A DNA stretch of 64,000 nt from Antedon mediterranea. Taxonomy: Eukaryota; Animalia; Echinodermata. The notes under the pieces are model-generated. The model was given only the letters and a program-made list of their open reading frames with translations. It made no database searches and was not told the origin of the DNA. The stretch covers positions 30,510,437 to 30,574,436 of the forward strand of contig NC_092672.1 in assembly GCF_964355755.1 (NCBI RefSeq), read 5' to 3'. Below, piece by piece: positions 52,696-64,000 of this stretch. Each line of letters begins with the position of its first letter. Positions within the stretch are counted from its first letter, which is position 1. The position numbers and the translations under genes were made by a program.

Positions 52696-53487
52696 GCGTA
52701 TATTTCGGTGTATAATCGCACTTTTGACACGCAAATTTAACCTCTAAATTAAGGGTGCGTCTTATACACCGAACATAAATGCCTCAACACACAGATATCG
52801 CCACCTCGTTGGCTAGGCCTGGGCTTTTTAAGGTAAGGCCTACTGTAGGCCTATTAGTATTACTAAAGTCTAAAGAGTAGGCCTAGCCTAGCTACAGTGT
52901 ACTAGCGTAACAGCAACCTGCTAGTTTTCAAGGCATTTTAGCGTGATTTTGTACTAAATATGATGAAAAGGTTTGTTTATTATGGAGCTGTTTTAGGCGC
53001 TCCGATAAAATTTCATTTGAAAACGTTTACGATTGGAATAGTATTATAGTTATACGCACGACCGTCGTACCCCCAGCGCGAGCGAGCCCTCCTTTTGGCA
53101 ACCACATTGTGTACACAGTATTCGACTAGTATATTCTCCAGTTGATTATAGCATAGACCTACCGTACACACTTCTAGGATACATACCCGGATACATAGAT
53201 ACTAATCGAATACGATTGTCCGTGAAAACGTGCGCCTCTCGATAAAAGGATCGAGCGAGGCTAGCCCACACACACGTGCGGTCATGCACTCGATGTTGCG
53301 GGTGCGAAACTCATTCATAACAAGTTAGAAAGAACTGACGGAATGGGGGACTTCCCTTCTTGTTGAGGCTGGGCGCGGCCGTCTTATACATCGACGATAT
53401 ACAAAATACCGATATTTTACTCTCAGTTAGGGGTCGGGTGCGTCTTATTATACACAGGTGCGACTTTATATACACCGAAATATACGG
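52696..53487. mobile_element. Tc1/pogo-like MITE, same family as 18717-19853
   Basis: CGTATATTTCGGTGTATA ... TATACACCGAAATATACGG|TA. Confidence 0.7.
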
Positions 53488-53705
53488 TACACTAACTTCT
53501 AAAAATAAAAATATTTAATTAGGCCTGCTAACAACGACCTACTGTGTAGTAGGCCTAGCCTATAGGCTAGTTTAGACACGGGGCCTAACGCGCCCAAAAC
53601 AGAATTAAAGTGTGAAACAAATTATGAATAGATGTTTGAGCTCGTTGTTTTATTCAGTGTGTTTTGTTACTCTCAAATTCGCGAGCAATTAACAGAGAAA
53701 TTAAC

Positions 53706-53737
<32 letters not shown>

Positions 53738-55029
53738 TTTTTTCCACCCGCCCTCTCCCTACCAAAAAAAAAAAACTTGACAGCAAACTTATCCAGTTGA
53801 CTAGTTTCAGCCGCATGCCATTGGCGACTCACTCGTACGTCGTTTTAATATTCATATTTCAGAATTTCAAAGACTCAACATCTAAGACGATGCGCATGCG
53901 CTATGTTACGTTTAGACAATGTGTACTTGGGTACATTGATGAAAGTTTCTGAGGGCTAAACATGATTTTATATGCCTAGTAGTCTGGTAAACATTTGATG
54001 AGATTTTTCCCAAGAACATGAAAACTCGTCTTGATATGATAGGCTAGCTTCTCCGCCAAATTAAACATTGAATGGATCATTTATTATGCAGATAAAATTT
54101 TATTTAATTCCCACCCAGACCCTGTCCTGTTCTGTGTGGTGGTGTAGCCCAGTTATATGTGTGCCGGTCGGTGGTGGTATGTACCTAAATATTGGCGTTT
54201 TATTTGGAAGGTAATACGTACGAGTTGAGTAGCCCTAAGGAGGCCTAGGCCAGGACTAAACAATTAATAAACAAAACAACTTGGCAACACGATTTTATAT
54301 TTCAACAGTTGTTCAGTCTCGATCTTTTTCATTTTGAAATGATCATTGGTTGATTCGAAATCCATATTTACATACCGCCCGCCCCATATAGCCAAATACG
54401 GTATGATAACCTACGTCATTCTTATCGGATGTTTGCGGTTTGCAAATCGATTTCTATACGTGTTTCACAAGTCTGTATTTTCAGACAAAAATCGCAGTCG
54501 AAATAAAAACAAATAAATAAAAAAAAAGACAATAAATACAGACTTGGGGCAAGTCTAAGTAAAAGCCCCCTTGTACAAATTCCTTTTAATGATTGGTACT
54601 CAATAAAAATTGTTGATATAGTAGTTTTGTCATACGTATTAAAATAATAATTAACGAATAAGATATGCCTAGATTAACCTTACTTTGGAGTCAATTTACA
54701 TTTGCAGGAGCAAATTTAATTTGATAATCAGATTTAAAATATAGAAAATTCCAAAAGTTAACTTATCCAAGATAAACTAATTATACCATCTTTCTTCTTT
54801 TACTTTTGCAGTTTTCAGTGAATATTTTAACTATCAAGAATCTTTATTTGCCTATTATTTTATTAATATAATAATTTCTAATTCAGTACGTAATACTACT
54901 AATTTCAACTGCAACCTATAAATTCTCCTAACGCATCTCACATAACACTCAATCGCCTTACCGCAATAAAACAGTTTACATTATTAAAACAGTATACAGT
55001 CAATGCCATGGATAATAAAAAGTACGACA

Positions 55030-55880
55030 CAACCTATAACGCCTGAACGGTTTTTCATGTTTTGTGATTTTGTAATCTGTGCAAGGGCGAGACCCAAGGG
55101 TGTTGCCCTAGTGACCCGGGCAACACACTATTTAATACTAAATGTTGTTTCTGCCACTAAATTAAAATTGAGTCCCATTTCATCGTATGCAATATCCGTA
55201 TTTATACGTTATAGAAGTCCATTTTGGAAGAGAATATTTGTACATTGGCAGAATGCACAGCTGTTACCAATATTTTTGTATTACATATATTTACACCCAA
55301 GTTCTTACATTTAATCATTTTTATACAGTTCGTTAATGAATATTGAAAACAATAAGGGTGATAGTACATCCTTGCTTTACACCTTCGTCAATACCAAAAT
55401 AATCTGTAACAGTGTCTCCAAATGCTACTTTACATTGTACATTCAGATAAAGATTCTTAATTATATTAAGTAAACTTCCTTTGATACCTATATTGTTGAT
55501 AGCCTGAATAAGGCCATCTCTCCAAACAGTGACAAATGCTTTTTTGAAGTCTATGAAAGCAAAGTAAGTTTTTTTACCTTCAGCTTTTCTGGTTGTGATT
55601 ATGCTTTTAAGGGTAAAGACATGGTCTTTCACAACGCCTATTCTTACGAAAACCTCCTTGTACTTCATCTAATAAATCATATTCCTCAATAAAACTTGAC
55701 ACTGTTTGGGCGATTATCCTATTGTAGACTTTCGATACACAAGAGTTTAATGTTATGCCTCTATAGTTGTTTAGATTTTTTACATCCCCTTTTTTAAACA
55801 ATGGTATTATTGTACCTTTATTCCACTCATTAGGTATACATTGCAATTCTTTCAATCTATTAAACATTTTAAACAAGGAC
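55030..55880 (-). pseudogene. LINE reverse transcriptase fragment
   Basis: WNKGTIIPLFKKGD..NYRGITL, QGGFRKNR, FIDFKKAF and GVKQGC, frameshifted. Confidence 0.85.
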
Positions 55881-55952
55881 TCAGTTTACATATTATTGTA
55901 AATATGTAAATGTTAAAGAATGGAGGTAATCAGTCAACAGTTTTTTTCTGTA

Positions 55953-58389
55953 TTATTAGTTATCCGCTTGGTATACCAAGCGGATAACTCCTTGTTATTG
56001 TATGAGATCAACAGTTTTTTTCTGTATTATTAGTTATCCGCTTGGTATACCAAGCGGATAACTCCTTGTTATTGTATGAGATCAACAGTTTTTTTTCTGT
56101 ATTATTCTTCTTTCCATCCTTCCTTTTTGGGGATCGTGTTTCTCTAAAATGGGTAAACATAACATTTCATAACTTTGACATATGGGCATTTACGTGAAGT
56201 TGTGCACCTCCTATTTTTGAATGACGTCATAGTTGCGCAACGTGACTTACGCGCAATTTTATGAATTTCAATGATTGATCATAGATTAAAAACCAAAAGT
56301 CATTTAGTATTGACACTTTGACAAAATTTAAGTCATATCAGGGGTAAACTTTCTACGGATTAAAAATGGCATGTTTCACAAGAAGTTACGCGCGCACGCG
56401 CATTTAAAATTTCAAAATTAATTTCTAATCAACTTTTTATGCGTTTCTTGTCATTTTGAGCATGTCAATAATTCCCACGGGCGCGCATTTTTTTACGCAC
56501 GCGGTGCGCACGTAGCATATTTTTTTCTCTTGAATTATATTTTTCAAGCCTTTCCTAGTAATTTTGAAAACAATTTAGACCTTTTCCAATTTAAATAACG
56601 CCATACGAACACGTTGAATTAAACATTTCATGCGCGTTTTTTATGAACAAGGCCAACAGCCATTAAGTCGCGTGCTACAATGCATAGTGATACCGGACCG
56701 ACAGACAGACAGACAGACAGAGAGACCGACCGACCGACATAGTGAACTATACTGACCGAAATTACTGAACATGTTTAAAAATGTTGAAATGTTTAAAAAC
56801 ATTGATTTTTTTAAATTTACACGTGCGTAGCCCGTCACTTTCGACGTGCTCGTATAACGTAATTTCGAGTTGAAAAGTAAATCAAGAAAACAGAAATCGG
56901 GCAAAAAGAGTGTGCAATAACATTTAACGCGCAGTGCGCGCGCAAAAATATACGCACTCATGGCAATTTTGTAAACGCTTAAAATTGCCTGAAATGTACT
57001 TTTTATTCATCGAAAATAAATTTTGAGAATGTTAAGCGCGCGTACGCATGCGTTACATGCGCTACGCACGTAATTGTTTTGCCATATGATGATTTATGCC
57101 CAGAAATTTATGAGTACCAAATTTTATTTAATTGTGATTCATGGTTGTGAAGATATGATTACAAACGTGATTTCGTTAAATCGTGCGTAGACCGCGTACC
57201 TTTTTATTGCGCACCGTGAAAACATAACCACATTGATTCCTGGCCATAAGGAATATACTGTGAAAAATTGACCTAGCTAGATTAAACTGATATAAAGATA
57301 AGGTCAGAAAGCGATAAAACGCATAGTGATACCGGACCGACAGACAGACAGACAGACCGACAGACAGACAGACAGACCGACCGACCGACATAGTGAACTA
57401 TAGAGTCGCTTCCACGCGACTAAAAAGCTTAAAAAATCGTCAAAATTTTGTCTTTTTTTAAACAGTCATAGTTTCTAAAGTAAACCGTAAACCGTTTATT
57501 TTTATTACAAAATCTAGAAGTTGATGAGTTGTAGATAACGGATCATGCATCGATAAAGCTAAAAAAACATTGCGACGTCATCGTATGGCCACACGAATGT
57601 AAAATATAGGATTTTTGTCTCTTTCGTTATTGCTCATCACATTCAATGGAGCGCATCACGCTTATCTGTATTCCTTTTTCTCCTACATTTATATATTGTG
57701 TAGGTCAATCAACTTTCTTTAGCATGAGATAAAAATATTTTAATTTTTATGACGTCATCATGCTTAAAAATTTCAATTACGTGGGTCATTAATTTCATCT
57801 TTACAGTAAATTTTATTCTGTAATAGCTCGTAAGAATAAAATGTGATAATCACGATTAAAACGTTTTCTGGAAGCTATTGGATTTTAGATACGAATTCAT
57901 GTAAACATTTTGCCAATCGGATGTTGTGACGTCATCATATGGCCAGTTGAATAAAAAAAGTTCTATTTTCATATTTTGCGTAATAGTTCATCACATTTAA
58001 AAGGGTGCGCATCTATATTTTACGTATTCAAATTTCTTCTACACGTTAATGTGTTGTTCCTAAGATAATTTCCTTCTGAAATTGCTATCTAAGTGTTTCA
58101 TTTTGATACCGTTGCCATGTTAAAAATTGGAATAAATGGCGGGTCCCGTAATTTCACCTATTCTACACTGTATGTAATATGTATACAGATTATACTGTAG
58201 TGTTTGCATGTATATACTATATGACACAAAATTGACAGAATTCAGCACTAACAGCATATCATATTCTTCAGTTCTTGTCATAATGCCATAATCTTTATCT
58301 GTGTGCAATATTCCAACGTATGACGTGCACGTGGCGTTTGTCGTGGTGCGGATAACTAACTCGTCAAAGTGACGAGTTTCATGTCTAGT
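55953..58389 (+). mobile_element. Helentron/HINE-like element with a duplicated 5' end and a nested (GACA)n-bearing element at about 56646-57426
   Basis: 5' palindrome AGTTATCCGCTTGGTATACCAAGCGGATAACT (twice); 3' GCGGATAACT plus hairpin AACTCGTC...GACGAGTT and CTAG. The nested element has the AGTCGCGTG / CACGCGACT IR and ends AGTCGCTTCCACGCGACTAAAAA. Confidence 0.6.
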
Positions 58390-58669
58390 TACTCTTGGGA
58401 TATACGAAAATACCATTGAGCCATTTTCCCACCAGACAGTAGGCCTAACCCAACCATTTTACTATAACACATTAAAGCGCGTGAAGGGACAACAAATTCC
58501 ACTTTATACAAAACGAAAACACTGCAACAGCAACTTCAATCTCTAAGTTGGCCCAGGCAGTAGCTCATATTTTATCATGTGAATGGCTAACATGGCTAAT
58601 TCTTTTTTATTTTAACTGTACACATTCGGATACACTCATGACAGCTACTACTTTATCCTGTTAGCTTCT

Positions 58670-60574
58670 GAGTGTTGACAAAGTGCGAGGCAGCGAGGCA
58701 CGCGAGGCATGCCAAATATTTGTGCGAGGCATCATTTTATCATTTCCAAAAGTGCGAGGCATGCGAGGGGTGTCACGAAAGCTCAGACCACGAAAGCGAA
58801 GACCCCCTAAGACCTAAGATCACGAAAGCTAAGACCCAAGACCTAAGATTACAAATATTTATCTTTCGCACCTGCCTTGTATTTTAACTCCCAACATTTA
58901 TTCTGAATACCACACCTTAGAATTGGCACTTTCATGAAAAAGAATCACATAAAAAGTAACAAATACATTTTTAAATTGATGATTTTACAGACGTTTTTCT
59001 CGCACACAAAATGACTAGCCTACAGTACAGTAGGCCTACCCCATGGGCCATGTTCAATGTTTTTGTTTCTATGGAACGTCAAAAGAGCAAAAATTATATA
59101 GAGGGCTGAAAACTCTGTGGAGTCCATCTAGAGTGTGGATGGAACAATGTAAAATTAAAATTGTAATGATAATAGTATAATCATGCAAGTACGAAGAAAT
59201 AAATACTGGCAAATAAATTTTAATTTAAAAATCATGATAAATTTTTTTGTTTCGTTTTCTTTCTGTTTTTATACTTGTACTATTATTGTTGCTCTTTTGG
59301 CGCTCCATAGAAACAAAAACATTGAGCATGGGGGGAGCTCGAGGAGTTACATTGTCATTACAGTAATCAGTATACAGTACAAAGAAACACATCTGTAAAA
59401 TCATCAATTTAAAGGATTTATTTATTTGTTATTATGTGTTTCTCCTTCTGAAAGTACTTATAAGTCCTAATTTTAAAGTGTGGTGTTCAGGATAAAGTTA
59501 GTCAACAAATTTGGAGTCAAAATACAAGAAAGGCAGGTGCGTAAGAAAAACATCCTCTAAACCAACACAATGGAGTAAATATATACCAACAAACAACCCG
59601 TCAAGTTTGTTGTAAAGAAAAAATATACATTTACTCAACGGGCGAAAATAATGTGAGTTTATCTATGTTTTGCGGTAGTATTAAATTATATTTATGGTAA
59701 TAAATGAAACCTACTGTGTTTAAAATTATGTATGGATAAACAAGTATTGTTTTTAAGCTGTAGTATATCTTAGTATTTGTAATCTTAGGTGTTGGGTCTT
59801 TGCTTTCGTGATCTTAGGTCTTAGGGGGTCTGAGCTTTCGTGGTCTGAGCTTTCGTGACACCCTTTTATTTCAATATATTTGTTAATTTGTCAATAAAAA
59901 TGCTGTAATATGTTACTGCTGATACTGTTCTATTTTCAAAGAATAATAATCGATCCTAAATCAACATCACTACCTAGTCTAGACATAGGACATCCTACTA
60001 AGGATATTATGATGAATTTTTCTATTTTATTCTTTAAAAGGTTACCGAAACCGTGTACATTATCAACAGTACACCGGTGAACAGTAACATTTTTCCTTAC
60101 TGACAGTGACAAAATCTATTGAAATTGTACTTGATTTTCACCAAATAATGCGTTAAATATAAATGGATTCCACAGAGTTTTTAGCCCTCTAATTAATTTT
60201 GCTCTTTTGGCGTTCCATAGAAACCAAAATATTGAACATTGAGTGTGCGAAATGCGAGAAAAACAACGTCTGTAAAATCACCAATTTAATGGATTTATTG
60301 TTACTTTTATGTGATTTTTCTTCATTAAAGTAGGCCTACTAATTCTGCTGTGGTATTCAGGATAAAGTTGGTTAAAATACAAGGCAGGTGCAAAAGGAAA
60401 CTGGCCTAGCGGGCCTAGGCCTAGGCTACTTCAATTTCGGTGATTTCCTGCCTTGCAATTTTGAGAAATGATAAAATGATGCCTCGCATTTTTTGATGAT
60501 GGTAAAACGATGCCTCGCATAAATTTCTGACTTGCCTCGCATGCCTTCCCTGCCTCGCACTTTGTTACTACCCC
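58670..60574. mobile_element. Nested MITEs
   Basis: Outer IR ACAAAGTGCGAGGCA / TGCCTCGCACTTTGT. Inner element at about 58768-59863 with IR GGGTGTCACGAAAGCTCAGACCACGAAAGC. Confidence 0.7.
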
Positions 60575-61625
60575 TATACCCAGACCGGTTACAATAATGG
60601 TCTATTCATTCTGTTTATACTGTAGCTTTATTGATAGCTGGGTTGGGGCGGCTTTTTCTCATTCTAAAACAGATTTCCTTATCATAATAAAATAATATAT
60701 GAATTTAAATGTAGTATTGTATACATAATATTAGTAATTGCCATTGCATTATTATATATTATACGGTTACCCCTTAATTATACTATAGTATAATTTTCTT
60801 GTTATATTTTACAATATTTTCTTCATAGTTCAACAATTTTTTCTTTCACAGGAGAAATTATCATACTGAATCATCACACACCAAGTCTCATAAATCTCTA
60901 CTGTATTTCTCCAAGGTACTCCAGCTACATGGTATTGCCTTGAGGCTAAACTACAGTAAACGATATACTGGCACTACCATCATTCCTGGCCCGTCAACCT
61001 GGGCCACATTACAGTATGGTCCAACACATAAGTACAGTAAATCGTTTTATGCCTATTGTTGCATAAAGTATCAAATTTAGACTGTAAATACTGGGATGAT
61101 CACCCTAAATTTTCTTTTTCAATTAACAATTTTATATTTCACAGCTGAAAAATGCACTAAAGCATCATATAGAGATTTTTTATTCATAACTGTTAAATTG
61201 CATCCCAATACATGGTACCTATATAAAAATACAAAGGCGGCCAACACAGATAGTTTGATATATACAGTACTCTCTTATAAATAGATGTATCTCTCCAAAC
61301 TACTCCAACTACCTAATTAGCATACTACTGTACACTTTGTAGACAAGAAATAAATTGTATCCACCTAGAGGACTTATGGTAGTACAGTCGATCGTCCTGT
61401 CACTGGCCCGGTCAACATAATCTACGCCTAGATTATTACAGTAATTAAAGTACATTATTACAGAGATTTTTTTTTTTTTTTGCAGAAATCAAAGTTATGT
61501 GTATAGAAAGCAGTACTCGTATTAAAAACTAAGCAGGTTATATTCTTGTACGCAAACTGGCAGGATATTTTGAATATTTTTTGTTGTTGAAATGATGGAA
61601 TCCTAACTTCATTTTCCACGAGCTG

Positions 61626-64000
61626 CACGTATGTTCGCCGCAATGCAAAAATAGGAAGTTTACTGGCAAAGCCAAACTATAGAGGGCGTCGGAATCAACC
61701 AAGCGTGAGATTTGAAAGTTTTCGCACGAAAGTTTTTACGTCGACGCGGCAAGAGAATGATCGTTCTAAACACAAAAAGACGTTAAAAATTGTGACAAAT
61801 ATTCATTCAGAATTTTGAGTAAAGTAGTATTTTAATTTTTTACATTATATTCTACAAGAATTTTTAAGTTTAAACATTTTTGACACAATATTTAAAATAT
61901 TACAGCATTTCAAAGATAGCAATACAAATGACAACAAATAGACCTTTTTACTACGGGAATTTCTGAAGTAAAATGAGTCAACTAAAATGTTAAATTGTAA
62001 TTAATCTGAAGTTTTCCCAGATATGGCGAGTATCATATCATCTTATTTAGATATCAATGCATTTAATTTTAATTAAAACTAGAGAGCAACAATTATTTTA
62101 CTAGAGTAATATTTGCCTGAATTTGGGCTATTTTTGCACAGTAGAATAGACGTGCCTATGTTAAAGCATAGGCGCGCGCCTGACAAGGCTATAAACAGGC
62201 TTAAATACAGTATATAGTACACTTAAATACTAGATTATGGTAAACCAGAGATACAATAACAGTTGATATTAGTTATTACTTAGGCATTATATTATTTTTA
62301 TTTTATAATATCTGTATTAATATTTGTTATAGGGCAGTCTATAATAGCCAACCAGCAGTATTTATGAAAAACACTTTCATAATGAAAGACACGTGCTATT
62401 GTAATAACTTATACTGTATTTAAGTCAGAAATTATATTTCTATTTTTATTATACAGTATTAATAAATATAATATATTATATAGGCCTACTAGACAATTAA
62501 AAAAATTGCATTTAATATAATCATGACACTTTATTTATTTCAGAATGGATGACCATCTTAAAATCCTGGATTCTCTTTGCAGAATATGTGGCCAGCGCTT
62601 AAAATCATATAATGATTACAAAAGGGGTAATATTCCCAAGCGCAAAGAAGTTACAATGCACACAGATTTAATTGCACAGCTAGGCTTTGACCCAAATACA
62701 GATGAAGCCGCAGTGCATCCTAGATATTTGTGTCATCTGTGTTACACTGCATTAAAATCTCCAAGATCAAACCCAAACCCAGTAGTGTGGAAGCCGCACA
62801 CAAGATTAGGACCCTGCACCACATGTCAAAGGCATACAATCCAATCAAAGGGAGGAAGACCAAGAAAAAGGAAATGCGGTTTAGGTGCAGAAACGTATAA
62901 CCAAAATAAAATCACCAAAAACAACATTGTCGACCACTTTTCTTCCATTATGTGTCAACAATTAATTAAAATACCAAGCAGTTTCAGTTTGGTTACAATT
63001 GGATCATTGGATGCATTTACATGTTGTTTTTGTCAAAGTGTGTGTATCAGTCCTGTTGCCTTACCATGCAATCATGTCTCATGTAAAGCATGTATCCAGT
63101 CATGTTTTGTTGATGTTGATAAAACTGTTTGTCCTAAATGCAATTTTGATGTTCATTTTTCGTCTGTCACTTCTGTACCAGCATTGTTCATTGAATGTTA
63201 TCTGTCATGTAAAGTTGTTTGTAAATCGTGTCGTTGTGTAATTCAGTGTAGAGAATGTAATGTCCATGTTTGTGTTCGTGACCATGATTATTACTGTGCA
63301 TCACCAAATCAAATGGATCCAATTGCCGAAATGTTGACAAGGCCCTTAGATGCACCATTAACACCAAATATGGAGAAAATAGGCAGACATATCATAAAAT
63401 CCAAGTTGAACCAATCAAAAGATGGAACTACAACATTTTATGATAATGGAAAGGTGAGAATTAAAATAATGTAACAGCAATACATTTATGAACATACATT
63501 TGAGAAAACCAATAAAGTTCATAATTAAGTCAATAAAATATAAATTGGTTACAATTTTTTTTTTTTAGTAATAATAAAAACAAAACATAATATATTAGTG
63601 AACATTAACGTTTATTAACACTTCAAATTCAAAAACAACAACAAACTTAAACAAAGGCTTCTTGTTTTAGATTCTTAAATCAGTTGCCATACCGGTATTT
63701 CGTAAACCGTCGTCATCTGTGTGCCATAAAACTCTTCAGAACAGAACTAAGTTTTTGACCAAGGTAAGAGATTTGGTCAGTGGTGGAGACGGCGTGGTAC
63801 AGCAAAAAAACGAAGTCCGGAGTATGCCATCTGAACTGCAAACTATTTTGGCTCAACCCATCAAGATGCCATTTGGTGATTTGTTATCCCTGAAAACAAA
63901 TCTGGGCCTCACCTGGAAGAGAAACAGGGAATTAAAACAGTAAGTATAATTATCCTAAAGTACACCTGATTTTGGATAAATCTTGTGAAATAACAATCTA
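61626..64000 (+). mobile_element. Left part of a putative autonomous Chapaev/N-RAG-type transposon, continuing beyond the window
   Basis: Candidate terminus CACGTATGTTCGCCGCAATGCAAAAATAGGAAGT resembles the left end at 31269 and lies about 0.9 kb upstream of the transposase ATG. The right end is not visible. Confidence 0.5.
62545..63939 (+). CDS. RAG1-N-terminus-like (Chapaev-type) transposase, first two coding exons, partial
   Basis: Exon 62545-63453: H-x7-CRICG...D..VHPRYLCHLC...WKPH...CTTC...GGRPRKRK, a C3HC4 RING (CCFC...PCNHVSCKAC...CPKC) and a further Cys/His cluster. GT-AG intron. In-frame exon 63671-63939 (ILKSVAIPVFRKPSS...LLSLKTNLGLTWKRNRELK), then GTAAGT. Confidence 0.85.

Noticed and set aside
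62545-64000. Calling the gene RAG1 or a ProtoRAG locus
   Set aside because: No NBD GRPR motif follows the RING, the core is outside the window, no RAG2-like sequence is visible, and the related element has a 4-bp rather than 5-bp TSD.

Overview
AT-rich, intron-containing animal genomic DNA, probably from a marine invertebrate; an echinoderm-like origin is only my inference. Host genes: a caveolin-like gene with an in-frame TAG, a complete 108-aa FKBP12 gene whose last coding intron is a U12 AT-AC intron, and an apparently disabled carbohydrate sulfotransferase. The rest is mostly mobile DNA: a young BEL/Pao LTR element lacking RT/RNase H inside a 24-bp palindromic satellite, DIRS and Gypsy relics, LINE fragments, a head-to-tail Helitron array, Helentron-like elements and many MITEs. 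The most interesting signal is a RAG1-related (Chapaev-type) transposon system. A non-autonomous 5.25-kb element (31269-36521) has a 4-bp TSD and bipartite CACAG-starting termini whose spacers differ by exactly 10 bp (21 vs 11), reminiscent of 12/23 RSS asymmetry. A spliced transposase gene with a RAG1-like N-terminal zinc domain and RING finger starts at 62545 and runs off the window. All calls come from reading the sequence; no database searches were run.
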